Sequence record: ON212266.1
Source of the DNA: Enterobacter phage fGh-Ecl02
DNA length: 64,000 nt
Reading direction: 5' to 3' (one strand)
Both the position numbers and the translations under genes were made by a program. Every line of letters begins with the position of its first letter. Position 1 is the stretch's first letter. Shown piece by piece: positions 26,464-35,910 of the stretch. The notes below the pieces were generated by a model. That model saw only the letters and a list, made by a program, of their open reading frames with translations. It was not told where the DNA came from and ran no database searches.

Positions 26464-28801
26464 CATGACTCAAAGTACAGATATCCTGGCCAAATTTGGC
26501 AATCTTTTGAAGGAAGCTGACGCCCCGGTAGAGGTGGAAGTCCCATTTGAAGTGCGTGATAACGTTACGCACAAACTAACTTTCCGCAAAGGCCGCGCTA
26601 AAAACTTCCGTTCCATCGGCAATCAGTTCATGGAGATTGATTATCAGCGCAACCCAGCCACCCTTGTCACGTCTGATGACAACGGCGCGGGTAAATCCAC
26701 GATGTTGGTATGGCTGCTGTTCTTCGTACTGTACAACACCACGTACAGTAAGAAGGAGAAGAAGGCAGGCCTGGTTAACTCACAAAGCCGCAAGGAATGT
26801 GTGGGTGAGGTAGAGTTTGCCTGTCGTGGTAGTGAATGGAAAGTTCGCCGGGGCATCAAGCCCGACTTTGTTGAAGTCTACCAGATGGTAGACGGTAAGT
26901 GGTTGCAGATAGATAACGAAGCAGCCAAGGCCGACATGAACAAGTACATCGTGAACCTCATCGGTGTAGACCAGAAGATGTTTGAGAACTCTCTGGTGCT
27001 GGGTAAAGAGAAGTTCATTCCGTTTACGGAGATGTACACTGCCGACCGTCGCGCCATGGTGGAGACAATTTGGGACTTGGGCTTCTTCAGCCTGATGAAC
27101 GAAGATGTCAAGGCCGCCATCAAAAAGGCAAATGCAACTCTGGACTCCATATCTAACGAATGCGCACTGAAGGTTATTGACCACACCAACAAGAAGACGC
27201 AGCTTCAGCAGATCGAACAATCCAACGCCCTGATCCAACAGCAGTCGGCCGATATCCTTGTACAGCAACAGGAAGCCCTGAATTCCCTAGATGCTGACAT
27301 CGCTTCCCAGAACGAAGAGCGCACCCGCCTCACTGCGGTTGAGTTCGAAGCCACCCAGGAAATGAAGACGGTGGAAAGCCGCCTGCATGATGAATCAATG
27401 GTGGAGATCGAGGCTATCAAGAAAGACTTTGATGCCAAGATCCAGGCGGTGAAGAATGCCGCTCAGGAAAAGGCCGATGATTATGAGCGTATCGAAGTGT
27501 CTATTGCGGAGCATGATCTTCAGGTCTTGCGTGACCGTGCCTTTACAGTGGCCGAAAGCAAGAACACTCTGATCACCGAGCGCAACACAAACCTGGACGC
27601 CCTGAACGCTGCTATCCAGCGCCGCCAGCAGGGTGAGAACTTCCGCATCAAGTTCCAGACCGAAATGGATGGACATCAGTCGGCCATCAAGCGCTTCCAC
27701 GACATGGGGACTTGTCCAACATGCACCCAACTGGTGTCCGACGATACCAAGGCACGTATTGAAAGCGAGTACAATCCTCAGATTCAGGAACTGCAATCGA
27801 AGTTAGATCAACTGGACAAAGTTACCGCCGATATCAATGTCCTGATCGATGATCACAAGGCTCAGGACGATAAGTTGGTTGCTGACATTGCTGTGTTGGA
27901 TGCTGAATTGGATGCAATGCGCAAGCAGGCCGACGAAATCGTTGACAACATCAAGCAGCTGCGCCGTGATATTCAGGGGTTCCATGACGCCGCCACGATT
28001 GAATGCAACTCCCTGAACCGTGAATGCCAACAGAAGATCCTTGACATCCGCAAGGCGCTGAATGTTCGTTTTGAAGATATCACTGCGTCGCTGCAACAGA
28101 CGCGAGAGAATGCCGTCAGCGGGATTAAAGCCGTCGATGATAAGATCGCCGAGCTGAAAGCTCGTCGTGCTCCTCTCGTGGCGTCTATTGCCGATCTGGA
28201 GCGCAAACTGGCTGTACAACCAACACCCACCACCGACCTAGAGAACTCTATCACTGTGTTGGAGGGTGAACTAGAGGATCTATACCAGCGCCGCGAGGAT
28301 GCCGACCAGGAACTCCAGGACTTACAGCACCTGCTGTTCTTCTTGAAAGATGACCAGACCAAGGCGCGTATCATCGCCCTGTATCTGCCATTCCTCAATA
28401 GCAAGATCAACGAGTATCTTGAAGCCCTCAACATGTTCTTGGACATCGTTGTTGACGATACCTTTGAGATCACCATGAGCGCAGCAGGTCGCAAAGGACA
28501 GAGTATATTCTCCCTGTCTACTGGCCAGCGCAGTCGTCTGAACCTGGCGGTGACATTAGCTCTGCGCGATGTAGCTAACCTCAAGGCGTCTGTACAATGT
28601 AACCTGTTCGTTCTGGACGAGATCCTTGAGAACATGAGCGAGCGCGGGGTGCAGGAATCGGTTGAGATGTTGAAGCATAAGTTCGGCGGGAACAACCTGT
28701 TTGTTATTAGCCAGCGCGAACAGGAGTTCCAAGAATACTTCCAACACAACATTCGCTACGGCCTGCGAAACGGCCTGACTGAAGTTATCAAGAAGGATTG
28801 A
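26456..28801 (+). CDS. 46: recombination protein gp46 (Rad50/SbcC-like ATPase)
   Basis: SDDNGAGKST Walker A, long central coiled coil, C-terminal signature/D-loop region (LSTGQRSRLNLAV...LFVLDEI). Confidence 0.8.
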   Translation: MHNMTQSTDILAKFGNLLKEADAPVEVEVPFEVRDNVTHKLTFRKGRAKNFRSIGNQFMEIDYQRNPATLVTSDDNGAGKSTMLVWLLFFVLYNTTYSKKEKKAGLVNSQSRKECVGEVEFACRGSEWKVRRGIKPDFVEVYQMVDGKWLQIDNEAAKADMNKYIVNLIGVDQKMFENSLVLGKEKFIPFTEMYTADRRAMVETIWDLGFFSLMNEDVKAAIKKANATLDSISNECALKVIDHTNKKTQLQQIEQSNALIQQQSADILVQQQEALNSLDADIASQNEERTRLTAVEFEATQEMKTVESRLHDESMVEIEAIKKDFDAKIQAVKNAAQEKADDYERIEVSIAEHDLQVLRDRAFTVAESKNTLITERNTNLDALNAAIQRRQQGENFRIKFQTEMDGHQSAIKRFHDMGTCPTCTQLVSDDTKARIESEYNPQIQELQSKLDQLDKVTADINVLIDDHKAQDDKLVADIAVLDAELDAMRKQADEIVDNIKQLRRDIQGFHDAATIECNSLNRECQQKILDIRKALNVRFEDITASLQQTRENAVSGIKAVDDKIAELKARRAPLVASIADLERKLAVQPTPTTDLENSITVLEGELEDLYQRREDADQELQDLQHLLFFLKDDQTKARIIALYLPFLNSKINEYLEALNMFLDIVVDDTFEITMSAAGRKGQSIFSLSTGQRSRLNLAVTLALRDVANLKASVQCNLFVLDEILENMSERGVQESVEMLKHKFGGNNLFVISQREQEFQEYFQHNIRYGLRNGLTEVIKKD

Positions 28802-28803
28802 TC

Positions 28804-28953
28804 ATGAACTACGAACAAATTAAACTCGCAATACTGATCTTTGCATGCATCATTGACATCGTTGCATTTTCTCGTGAAGTCGAAAGGAAAAACTACCTGA
28901 AATCACTGGGATATCTCGGGTTCTCTGTCTGGTTCTGTTATCTACTTGCAGGT
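28804..28953 (+). CDS. small hydrophobic membrane peptide (49 aa), below ORF-track cutoff
   Basis: ATG 2 nt after the gp46 stop, MNYEQIKLAILIFACIIDIVAF..., read manually. Confidence 0.3.
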
Positions 28954-28964
28954 CAAATCCTGAA

Positions 28965-29294
28965 ATGAAAGTCGTACACTTCAAGAAGGAGCCATATGAC
29001 GTCTACATTGGTCGGCCTGGTAAATGGGGGAACCCGTTTGAGGTCAAAGACCATGGACGAGGCGTCTGTATCGAACTGTTTGAGGACGTCCTGTATGTGC
29101 GCCTGATTGAAGGGGATATCACTGAGGATGAACTCCTTGATCTTGACGGGAAGGTATTGGGGTGCTGGTGTAAGCCGCGCCCCTGCCACGGAGATGTTTA
29201 CGTCAAAGTCGTCGGGCGTATTAAACTATTCCGCAAGCTGGGTAAATCCTTTACCGAACATCTGAGACAAACGTATGTCAGAAAACAAAGATGA
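28965..29294 (+). CDS. DUF4326-like protein
   Basis: YIGRPGKWGNPF and LGCWCKPRPCHGDV are hallmark motifs of this phage-associated family. Confidence 0.5.
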   Translation: MKVVHFKKEPYDVYIGRPGKWGNPFEVKDHGRGVCIELFEDVLYVRLIEGDITEDELLDLDGKVLGCWCKPRPCHGDVYVKVVGRIKLFRKLGKSFTEHLRQTYVRKQR

Positions 29295-29559
29295 AATTCA
29301 GGAATCCTGTGACATTGCTGTGGAGATATGGAATCGCAGGAATCCTCATTACCAAGTAACCGTCACTCCGAATCGTTATCTTGAGCAGGGCGGCCTGATT
29401 GTGGTTGATGCTGTACTCGCTTTCAACAAGTACCAAGATATGCAGATCCTGGACGGCAACTTTACCGTCGCGACCAAGACGGCATGGGATGACCCTCTAC
29501 AGTTCGTCTATGGCTGGCTGGAGTGTATCGAGGAATCCTACCACCTCATCTACGAATGA
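29275..29559 (+). CDS. hypothetical protein
   Basis: 94 aa, followed by an intrinsic terminator. Confidence 0.4.
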   Translation: MSENKDEIQESCDIAVEIWNRRNPHYQVTVTPNRYLEQGGLIVVDAVLAFNKYQDMQILDGNFTVATKTAWDDPLQFVYGWLECIEESYHLIYE

Positions 29560-29563
29560 GGCT

Positions 29564-29598
29564 GAAGGGCACTAAATACCACGTGCCCTTTATCTTTT
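29564..29598 (+). terminator. intrinsic terminator
   Basis: agggcac-taaatacc-gtgccct + ttatctttt. Confidence 0.65.
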
Positions 29599-29656
29599 AA
29601 CCCCTGTCAGGAGGCTCAAGCGAGCTGCAAGTCGACAAAACATAAGGAACGCCATC

Positions 29657-30271
29657 ATGACGATGACAACGTTGAAGGCCATGGCCTTGTCCGTGACCTT
29701 TACCATTGCCAGCGGGAATGTGCACGCTTCCCAAAGTACCACCCAATGTGATTATAATTTCTCCGAGCAACAACTTAATACGTTGGCAACCGCCTATCAC
29801 GTAGGCAAGACACAAGACCTTGGTTACACCCTGGCTGCCATATCCTGGCGAGAGAGCCGCGCTGGTGAAGATGTAGTGTCAATGCGATACGATCTCAAGG
29901 CGGCCAACATGGGAGCCTTTCAGAACAAGGTGAAGACAGTTGGTGATCGCGAAGGTTGTAAGAATCGCAAGTGCTATGCCAATGTCGCCATAAAGTTGCT
30001 GACCGACCAAGAATATGCCGCGCAAGCCGCCCTCGATGAGATGCAGTTCTGGCTGACCTATCACAATCAGAATATCCGCAAATCCCTCTCCTCTTACAAT
30101 GCTGGCTTCGCCCGTAATCCCGCATCGAACGCTTATGCTGCCGACGTCGTGAAGAAAGCTAAATATCTTCAGAAATGTGTGTCTTTCGAAGGCCGGACCA
30201 TCTCCGAGGTAGATCCTCAGGTGATCGCCATGAACAAGCACACAATAGAGAAACTGAAGAGGACAAGATAA
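29657..30271 (+). CDS. secreted lytic transglycosylase (SLT domain) with signal peptide
   Basis: N-terminal signal peptide MTMTTLKAMALSVTFTIASGNVHA. ISWRES (catalytic Glu), GAFQ and SYNAG match SLT family-1 motifs. Confidence 0.6.
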   Translation: MTMTTLKAMALSVTFTIASGNVHASQSTTQCDYNFSEQQLNTLATAYHVGKTQDLGYTLAAISWRESRAGEDVVSMRYDLKAANMGAFQNKVKTVGDREGCKNRKCYANVAIKLLTDQEYAAQAALDEMQFWLTYHNQNIRKSLSSYNAGFARNPASNAYAADVVKKAKYLQKCVSFEGRTISEVDPQVIAMNKHTIEKLKRTR

Positions 30272-30909
30272 TGAACATCACTCCATCTCAGGCCGGATAT
30301 GAACATATCTTGGTCTTCATTGCTCTACAGGGTGCGAAGGAAGGCATCATCGTATCCGAGTACTCAGGCACGGTTCGCCTTGCCGATTATGTCGCACCAG
30401 AGGCATTTATCAAGAAGTGTATTGACGCATGGTGCCTCTATGCCCTCGGCACGTATCCTGCTCCTCCTGATGGCGAGCTGTTGTTTACTGTGCCGACTCC
30501 GGCTGCTGGCGATACGGACGCGATCTTTGCCGATATGCTGGCCAAGGGGTATCTGGTTTATGACATCACCCACGATGTCTACTCCTTTACTTCGCTGAAC
30601 ACCGTGTTTGGATTCACCATCACATCTGAAGCCAACATCCCTGACTGGGGTATCTTGGCATGGGGTGTTGACGGCCTGGGTGCAACCTACGCATCGTCTG
30701 ACGTCGGTGCAGTTCTGATTGATGAGGGTGTCACCATGGAGCAGTACCTTGCCCAGTTCCCTCAGCACAATATCACAGGCAGCGACATCATTTTGGTCCA
30801 GCCTGGCGCTATCGCTCTCCCCCGTTTGGTGGGTGGATGGAATCCTCGGCTGAAGGATATCATCGCAGGTATTCGATCCCACATTCCGGTTGTGAATCCG
30901 ACGCCGTAA
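30271..30909 (+). CDS. hypothetical protein
   Basis: 212 aa, Met33 of the track ORF with GAGGA SD, coupled to the SLT gene. Confidence 0.45.
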   Translation: MNITPSQAGYEHILVFIALQGAKEGIIVSEYSGTVRLADYVAPEAFIKKCIDAWCLYALGTYPAPPDGELLFTVPTPAAGDTDAIFADMLAKGYLVYDITHDVYSFTSLNTVFGFTITSEANIPDWGILAWGVDGLGATYASSDVGAVLIDEGVTMEQYLAQFPQHNITGSDIILVQPGAIALPRLVGGWNPRLKDIIAGIRSHIPVVNPTP

Positions 30910-30938
30910 AAATAATTCAATAAAAGGGGCTTTGCCCC

Positions 30939-30967
30939 TTTACTTCTTCAATATCCTTCCCTATACT
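30939..30967 (+). promoter_or_regulatory. early promoter TTTACT-N17-TATACT fused to the upstream terminator hairpin
   Basis: Stem-loop aaaaggggctttgcccctt overlaps the -35 element. Confidence 0.6.
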
Positions 30968-31015
30968 TCATTCCATAAGCAGTACGACACCAACTTGAAT
31001 AGCAGGAACTATATC

Positions 31016-31351
31016 ATGACACAACTCAAGAACTTCACCGCCGATGACATGTTTGCCTTCCAGGGTGCTGAGCACTTTGCTGACGGCTCCGTACCTCGCA
31101 TCTACTACTTCTCCGACGAAGAAATGGAAGATTTCTTCTCCCTGATGGAAAAGGACTACGAACCAGACGACTTCGTTTATATCATCCATCACGCTGAAGG
31201 ACTGACCTTGGGTTGGACGGCCAACAATGAACCAGAAGAAGTAAACTTCCCTGAAGGTATCATGTCAGAGCGCGTCGAATATCTACTGGAAGCCCTGGAC
31301 CCCCACACCCTCCCGCTCTGGGCGATGTCTGTAGCCCAAGTTCAAAAATAA
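31016..31351 (+). CDS. hypothetical acidic protein
   Basis: 111 aa. Early promoter TTTACT-N17-TATACT at 30939-30967 and GGAACTATATCATG start motif. Confidence 0.45.
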   Translation: MTQLKNFTADDMFAFQGAEHFADGSVPRIYYFSDEEMEDFFSLMEKDYEPDDFVYIIHHAEGLTLGWTANNEPEEVNFPEGIMSERVEYLLEALDPHTLPLWAMSVAQVQK

Positions 31352-31354
31352 GAT

Positions 31355-31382
31355 AAGGGGGCTGACGCTCCCTTTTGGTTTC
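31355..31382 (+). terminator. intrinsic terminator
   Basis: gggggc-tgac-gctccc + ttttggtt. Confidence 0.65.
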
Positions 31383-31426
31383 GCTAATTAGAAGAAACCG
31401 CCATTAATTCAATCAGGAGATATAAA

Positions 31427-34168
31427 ATGTCAAAGCTAAGTTTCCTCCAGTTCATGCAGGAAAGAGATCAGTTGGACGAAGCGTTCAACTCCGCTCCGTA
31501 TGAGCTGACCATGGGTAAGAAGAACGCAGGCGATGTGTTCTTCACCTTCGTCGACGAAGATGAAAAGGAATACCGCATTCAGTTCTATACTCCTCAGGGG
31601 CTGGGTAAGAGTGTTCGTCAGGTTTTCATCGGCCAGAAGCGCGGCTCCGTCTATCCTGACGCCATCGCTCGCTTCAAGAACCCAATGCGCGTTATCGCTT
31701 CCATGATCGAAGCGACCAAACAATTCATGGCGACTCCTCTGGGCAAGACCATCGATGGCTTTGCTGTCAACTTCTCTAAGAAAGCGCTGGATCGTGGGAT
31801 GACCCTGATCCCGAAAATCATCCGCCAATCCGGCCTGAAGCAGAAACTGAATGTCATGGACCTGACCTACGCGCCTGTCCCTGACCGTGGTTATGTGTGG
31901 CTGGTACGCAAGGGTAAAGATCCGGCTCAGGTATTTGACGGTCCGAAGATGCAGGGCATCACCTGGGATGATCCAGATAAGGTCGGCGACGTTCCGGTTC
32001 AGAACAATGCTCCGGATGTGGGTGTGTCATCTTCTGTTGATAATTCCAACGGATGGAAATTAACTTCAAACGGGGATCAGCCCATGTTGATATGGGCTGG
32101 TAAGGAGAGAGGCCGCATGAACACGGCAAATATCGCTCCCCACTACAATGAGCCGGGCGTGTATGTTGGCGCATACATGAATGAGAAACCTGTGCGTGGG
32201 CAAAGTGCTGATTTCATTACTCGTCAGTTGAAATTACCACAAGTCCCTATCAGTATCCTGAATGATTTCACCGCAGCGTCCACAAAATTCTGGAAAGGTT
32301 CTCAACAGAAATCTGCGCCTGTTGTACCGGCAGGTTCAGACAGAAATAACCCAGCTAACATTATCGGTTCTGGAACTGCTGTTATTGATGCCAAACGACT
32401 TGGTGCTCGAGAAGTAAACGTGGAACGATTCAAAAACGGTGTTCGCATGCGTTCTCAAAACGGTGACGTCGACATCAGTATTTCTGACCCAGACTTTTCA
32501 AATGCAGCAAGTGCTACTGATGCTGCTACTGCCTCTGTTGTGGTCAAGAACGGGCGTTACGAAGGTGCCATCAATTCAAAGCGCAAGATTGCCCGCACCT
32601 CGAACGAGCAGGGTACTGAATGGGATATCATCGGTGTCAACGGGGAAACCCTTGTCTCTATCAAGTTGAACAAAGTGTCTAAATCCGCATCGGATTCGAC
32701 CGAGAGTGCAACCAGTGTTGATCAATTACGTGACAGCGGTTTCATCGCTCGTGTTCTGGGTATCATTGATACCAACGTTGGGCTGGACACTTCTATCCTT
32801 CCTGGTGAAAACATCCGTCGCGTGGGTGCTGGTCGTTACACGACGGCAGGCGGGTTGGTTATCATTGTCAACTTCACAAACGTCCTCGCTGGTTTCGTTC
32901 AATACTCAGTTTTCAGCGAAATTGCTGAAGAGGAGAACGTGGCCAAAGGTAGCGCCCGTGACGTCGCCAAGGCGGTAATTGCGTCCATCTTTGAGGTTGC
33001 TAAGACCCAGTACACTGGCAAATGGGAAATTAGCGCAGTGCCAACAAGCGCTCCATATCCTATCAAAGCCATTCGCCGTTCTCGGGGCTGGGGTTATGTG
33101 GAAACCGCAAACTGGACTCTGACAGTGTCCGACGCTGTCCTGAACCGCGTGAAGCCAGGGAACACTGCTCTACTGGAACTCAACAAAGAGCCTCTGCGCG
33201 GCAAGCACCTGCTGGAAATCATCCCAGAGAAGGGCGACAAGACCCTGATGCTGAAAGATCGTAGCGGGACCATCTATGGTTCTATCGACCTGAATGCCCA
33301 GGGTGCTGATCTGGTCAACTCTGGAACCCTGAAGATGCCACGCAACGCCATGGTGTTTGGTGAGACTGTCAACGGTATGTCCATCACTTGGTCTGGTGTC
33401 AATTTCCCGAAAACTGGGAAGTATGATGGTGCTGTATTGACCACGAATGTGACCTATTACTACGACAAAGGAAAGGTCGCATTCACGCCTATGGTATCCA
33501 ATAAAGGTCGTACCCTGAACAATCCGAAGACATATGAACTTACTTTGAAGAAAGATATTGTTCAGGCCGTGATCGATGAAATTTCTTCTAACATGGAAAT
33601 GATATCTCGGAATATGCAAACTCTGAAAAGCACGTCGTATAATCCGAAACAAGTATTTTTGGACGACATTTCTGTTGACAACAACGGTTCAGTCCTTTGG
33701 CGCGGGTACGACATGGCGGATCGCCGCACTAATGATTTTATGTTGGGTATCCTATCCAAAGAAACCGAGAGACTGGAGAAAGAGTCGAGTACTGCGAAGA
33801 AGACTGGTGCCGACCTTGCGGCATACGCTGACTCCATCCGCGACAACGCACCAAAAGGCCGCGACCTGGATTGGCAGATCTATGCAAGCCGTGATGGTCA
33901 GACTCTGAACGTGGACTGGGATATCACCTTCCGCCGCAACACAACTGAAGGGGCATATCGCGAGTTCAAATCTCAGATTGACCGCGCCAACCAGTACCTG
34001 CAGACTCTGTACCGGGATGCGAAGTCCAAGGGTTACAACCCGACTGAACCAAACCTGATGACTCTGGATAGCGCCCAGCAGTCTGACCAGTGGGCACGAG
34101 ACTACGGGGAAGGCGCATACAGCGAGTACGAGCAGTCCCTGGGTGGTAACATGCAGATTAAGATCTGA
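31427..34168 (+). CDS. hypothetical large protein (913 aa), no recognisable domain
   Basis: Long uninterrupted ORF with AGGAG SD, terminators on both sides. Confidence 0.6.
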   Translation: MSKLSFLQFMQERDQLDEAFNSAPYELTMGKKNAGDVFFTFVDEDEKEYRIQFYTPQGLGKSVRQVFIGQKRGSVYPDAIARFKNPMRVIASMIEATKQFMATPLGKTIDGFAVNFSKKALDRGMTLIPKIIRQSGLKQKLNVMDLTYAPVPDRGYVWLVRKGKDPAQVFDGPKMQGITWDDPDKVGDVPVQNNAPDVGVSSSVDNSNGWKLTSNGDQPMLIWAGKERGRMNTANIAPHYNEPGVYVGAYMNEKPVRGQSADFITRQLKLPQVPISILNDFTAASTKFWKGSQQKSAPVVPAGSDRNNPANIIGSGTAVIDAKRLGAREVNVERFKNGVRMRSQNGDVDISISDPDFSNAASATDAATASVVVKNGRYEGAINSKRKIARTSNEQGTEWDIIGVNGETLVSIKLNKVSKSASDSTESATSVDQLRDSGFIARVLGIIDTNVGLDTSILPGENIRRVGAGRYTTAGGLVIIVNFTNVLAGFVQYSVFSEIAEEENVAKGSARDVAKAVIASIFEVAKTQYTGKWEISAVPTSAPYPIKAIRRSRGWGYVETANWTLTVSDAVLNRVKPGNTALLELNKEPLRGKHLLEIIPEKGDKTLMLKDRSGTIYGSIDLNAQGADLVNSGTLKMPRNAMVFGETVNGMSITWSGVNFPKTGKYDGAVLTTNVTYYYDKGKVAFTPMVSNKGRTLNNPKTYELTLKKDIVQAVIDEISSNMEMISRNMQTLKSTSYNPKQVFLDDISVDNNGSVLWRGYDMADRRTNDFMLGILSKETERLEKESSTAKKTGADLAAYADSIRDNAPKGRDLDWQIYASRDGQTLNVDWDITFRRNTTEGAYREFKSQIDRANQYLQTLYRDAKSKGYNPTEPNLMTLDSAQQSDQWARDYGEGAYSEYEQSLGGNMQIKI

Positions 34169-34192
34169 TCATCGAAAGCCCCTTCGGGGGCT

Positions 34193-34200
34193 TATAAATA
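34193..34200 (+). promoter_or_regulatory. T4-type late promoter TATAAATA
   Basis: Exact 8-mer, 24 nt upstream of the 34225 ATG. gp55 encoded in the window. Confidence 0.55.
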
Positions 34201-34224
34201 ACTGAAATCCCCGAGGAGATTAAG

Positions 34225-34794
34225 ATGAAACCGTTTATCGAATATTTTAAAGAACAAGCCGCTAAACCTCAGACCCATGCTGGTGTCCAGGGTAAGACCG
34301 TATCCATCACCAAGCAAGCTGACGGCACCCAGTGGTGTTCCGGCGCTACCGTGACCCAGATCACTCCTGACAATCAGGCGGATGTCTACAACCTGGAGTT
34401 AACCAACGGCAATACCATCAAGGTGAAGCTGACCCCAGACCAGACTCACGGTATCTCCCAAGGTCAGGAAGTCGTTGCTGTCCATGACGGTTTCGAATTC
34501 TTCTTTGGCAAGTCTGCCGACAAAGGCCAGGTGACTGAATCCTATGCTCAGGAACTGGCGAACATGGACAAGATGATCGGTAAAGCACTGGGTGCTGGCA
34601 AGTCTCGCAAGAGTGGTCGTACTGAGTTCGAATACTCTGGCATCCCTGGCATCGGCAAGGCGATCACCGTGAACTTCGGTGGTGAAGATGATCCGTATGT
34701 GATCGTCACCTGCAACGGCAAGGAGCATGATATCAGCAAGGGTAAAAACCTGGCTGCTGACATTGCCAAGTTCCTCGGTGTTAAGCCTGTCTAG
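34225..34794 (+). CDS. late protein, 189 aa (possible abundant virion or decoration protein)
   Basis: Exact T4 late-promoter motif TATAAATA at 34193-34200, 24 nt before the ATG. High-expression codon usage. Strong terminator downstream. Confidence 0.55.
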   Translation: MKPFIEYFKEQAAKPQTHAGVQGKTVSITKQADGTQWCSGATVTQITPDNQADVYNLELTNGNTIKVKLTPDQTHGISQGQEVVAVHDGFEFFFGKSADKGQVTESYAQELANMDKMIGKALGAGKSRKSGRTEFEYSGIPGIGKAITVNFGGEDDPYVIVTCNGKEHDISKGKNLAADIAKFLGVKPV

Positions 34795-34843
34795 GAGGTT
34801 GCACTAGACGACGCCAGGGCGAAAGAACTTGGTCTGTAACTGG

Positions 34844-34875
34844 ATCCCCCTAAATACAGGGGGATTTCTTTTTCT
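34844..34875 (+). terminator. intrinsic terminator after the late 189-aa gene
   Basis: atccccc-taaataca-gggggat + ttctttttc. Confidence 0.8.
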
Positions 34876-34888
34876 GAGGAAACAAATC

Positions 34889-35242
34889 ATGGTTAACGCG
34901 AGTATTTTCATCAACCGTGGACTGCTTGCTATAGCCCACTCTCATGCCTTGCACTTCGTTACAACATCCTATTCCAAGCACAAGGCACTCGGGGAGTTCT
35001 ACGGGGAATTGGAGGGCTTGCTGGACACGTTTACCGAAGCATACATCGGTGCGGGTGGTCAGTATGTTCCATCATTCGAGAATATCAAATTGTACAACCC
35101 AGACCCTATCTCCTATATTAACAGTGTGGTGATAGACGTCGACGGCATCTACAGGCAGTGCGACTCCCACCTTCAGAGCACTCTTGACGATATCAAGACA
35201 CTGTGCTATCAGACGATCTACAAACTGAAGCAGCTGTCGTAA
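34889..35242 (+). CDS. hypothetical protein
   Basis: 117 aa, Met21 of the track ORF after a terminator. Confidence 0.4.
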   Translation: MVNASIFINRGLLAIAHSHALHFVTTSYSKHKALGEFYGELEGLLDTFTEAYIGAGGQYVPSFENIKLYNPDPISYINSVVIDVDGIYRQCDSHLQSTLDDIKTLCYQTIYKLKQLS

Positions 35243-35298
35243 GTCAATACGAAATAAAGGCATATAATTTGCTCATTATTCACCGAAAGGAAAGGACA

Positions 35299-35910
35299 AT
35301 GAGCAAAATCTTTATCCCGTCACACCGCGAAGGATGTGAAATCGCGGCCAACTACCTGCGCGGTCGGATGAACTGCGGCGCTGTCTTCATAGAGCCAAAT
35401 TCGTTTGACAACAAAGAATCACCTGATGCCATCGGGTTCCGTTCCGGCGGTTGCTCTATCCTGATGGAAGTGAAGGTGTCTCGCTCTGATTTCCTTACCG
35501 ACAAGAAGAAGCCTCATCGCATGGATCCGACGACGGGTATGGGCGCATACCGCTTTTATGTCTGTCCTCAGGATATGATCAGGGTTGAAGACCTACCACC
35601 AAAGTGGGGGTTGTTCTACTTCACACCCCGCAAGTCCCTGATGCCAGTTCATGTGCCAAACATGCGGTACTCTTTATTGTCATCACCAGAGCATTATCAG
35701 AAGTACCTTGATGAACAGATCAAGAGAGGAAGAACCGTTACCCGGCATATGCGCAGCTACATGGAACTCCTCGACGGCTTCGCCCACTTTGAGCGCAACA
35801 CGGCTGGGGAACAGAATATCCTGTATGGGGCTTGGCGTCAACTGTGTATAGCTCAAAGTCGTGGTGTAGACTATACTGTGACCGAAGTGTTCCAGAGGCC
35901 GAAGATCTAA
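35299..35910 (+). CDS. putative PD-(D/E)XK-like nuclease
   Basis: DAIGFRSGGCSILMEVKVS matches a D...E-x-K arrangement. AAAGGA SD. Weak. Confidence 0.35.
   Translation: MSKIFIPSHREGCEIAANYLRGRMNCGAVFIEPNSFDNKESPDAIGFRSGGCSILMEVKVSRSDFLTDKKKPHRMDPTTGMGAYRFYVCPQDMIRVEDLPPKWGLFYFTPRKSLMPVHVPNMRYSLLSSPEHYQKYLDEQIKRGRTVTRHMRSYMELLDGFAHFERNTAGEQNILYGAWRQLCIAQSRGVDYTVTEVFQRPKI

Noticed and set aside
27973-28752. 259-aa minus-strand ORF (also 26780-27268, 27395-27796 and 27803-28219)
   Set aside because: Antisense to gp46 (Rad50-like). Ser/Arg-rich junk translation.
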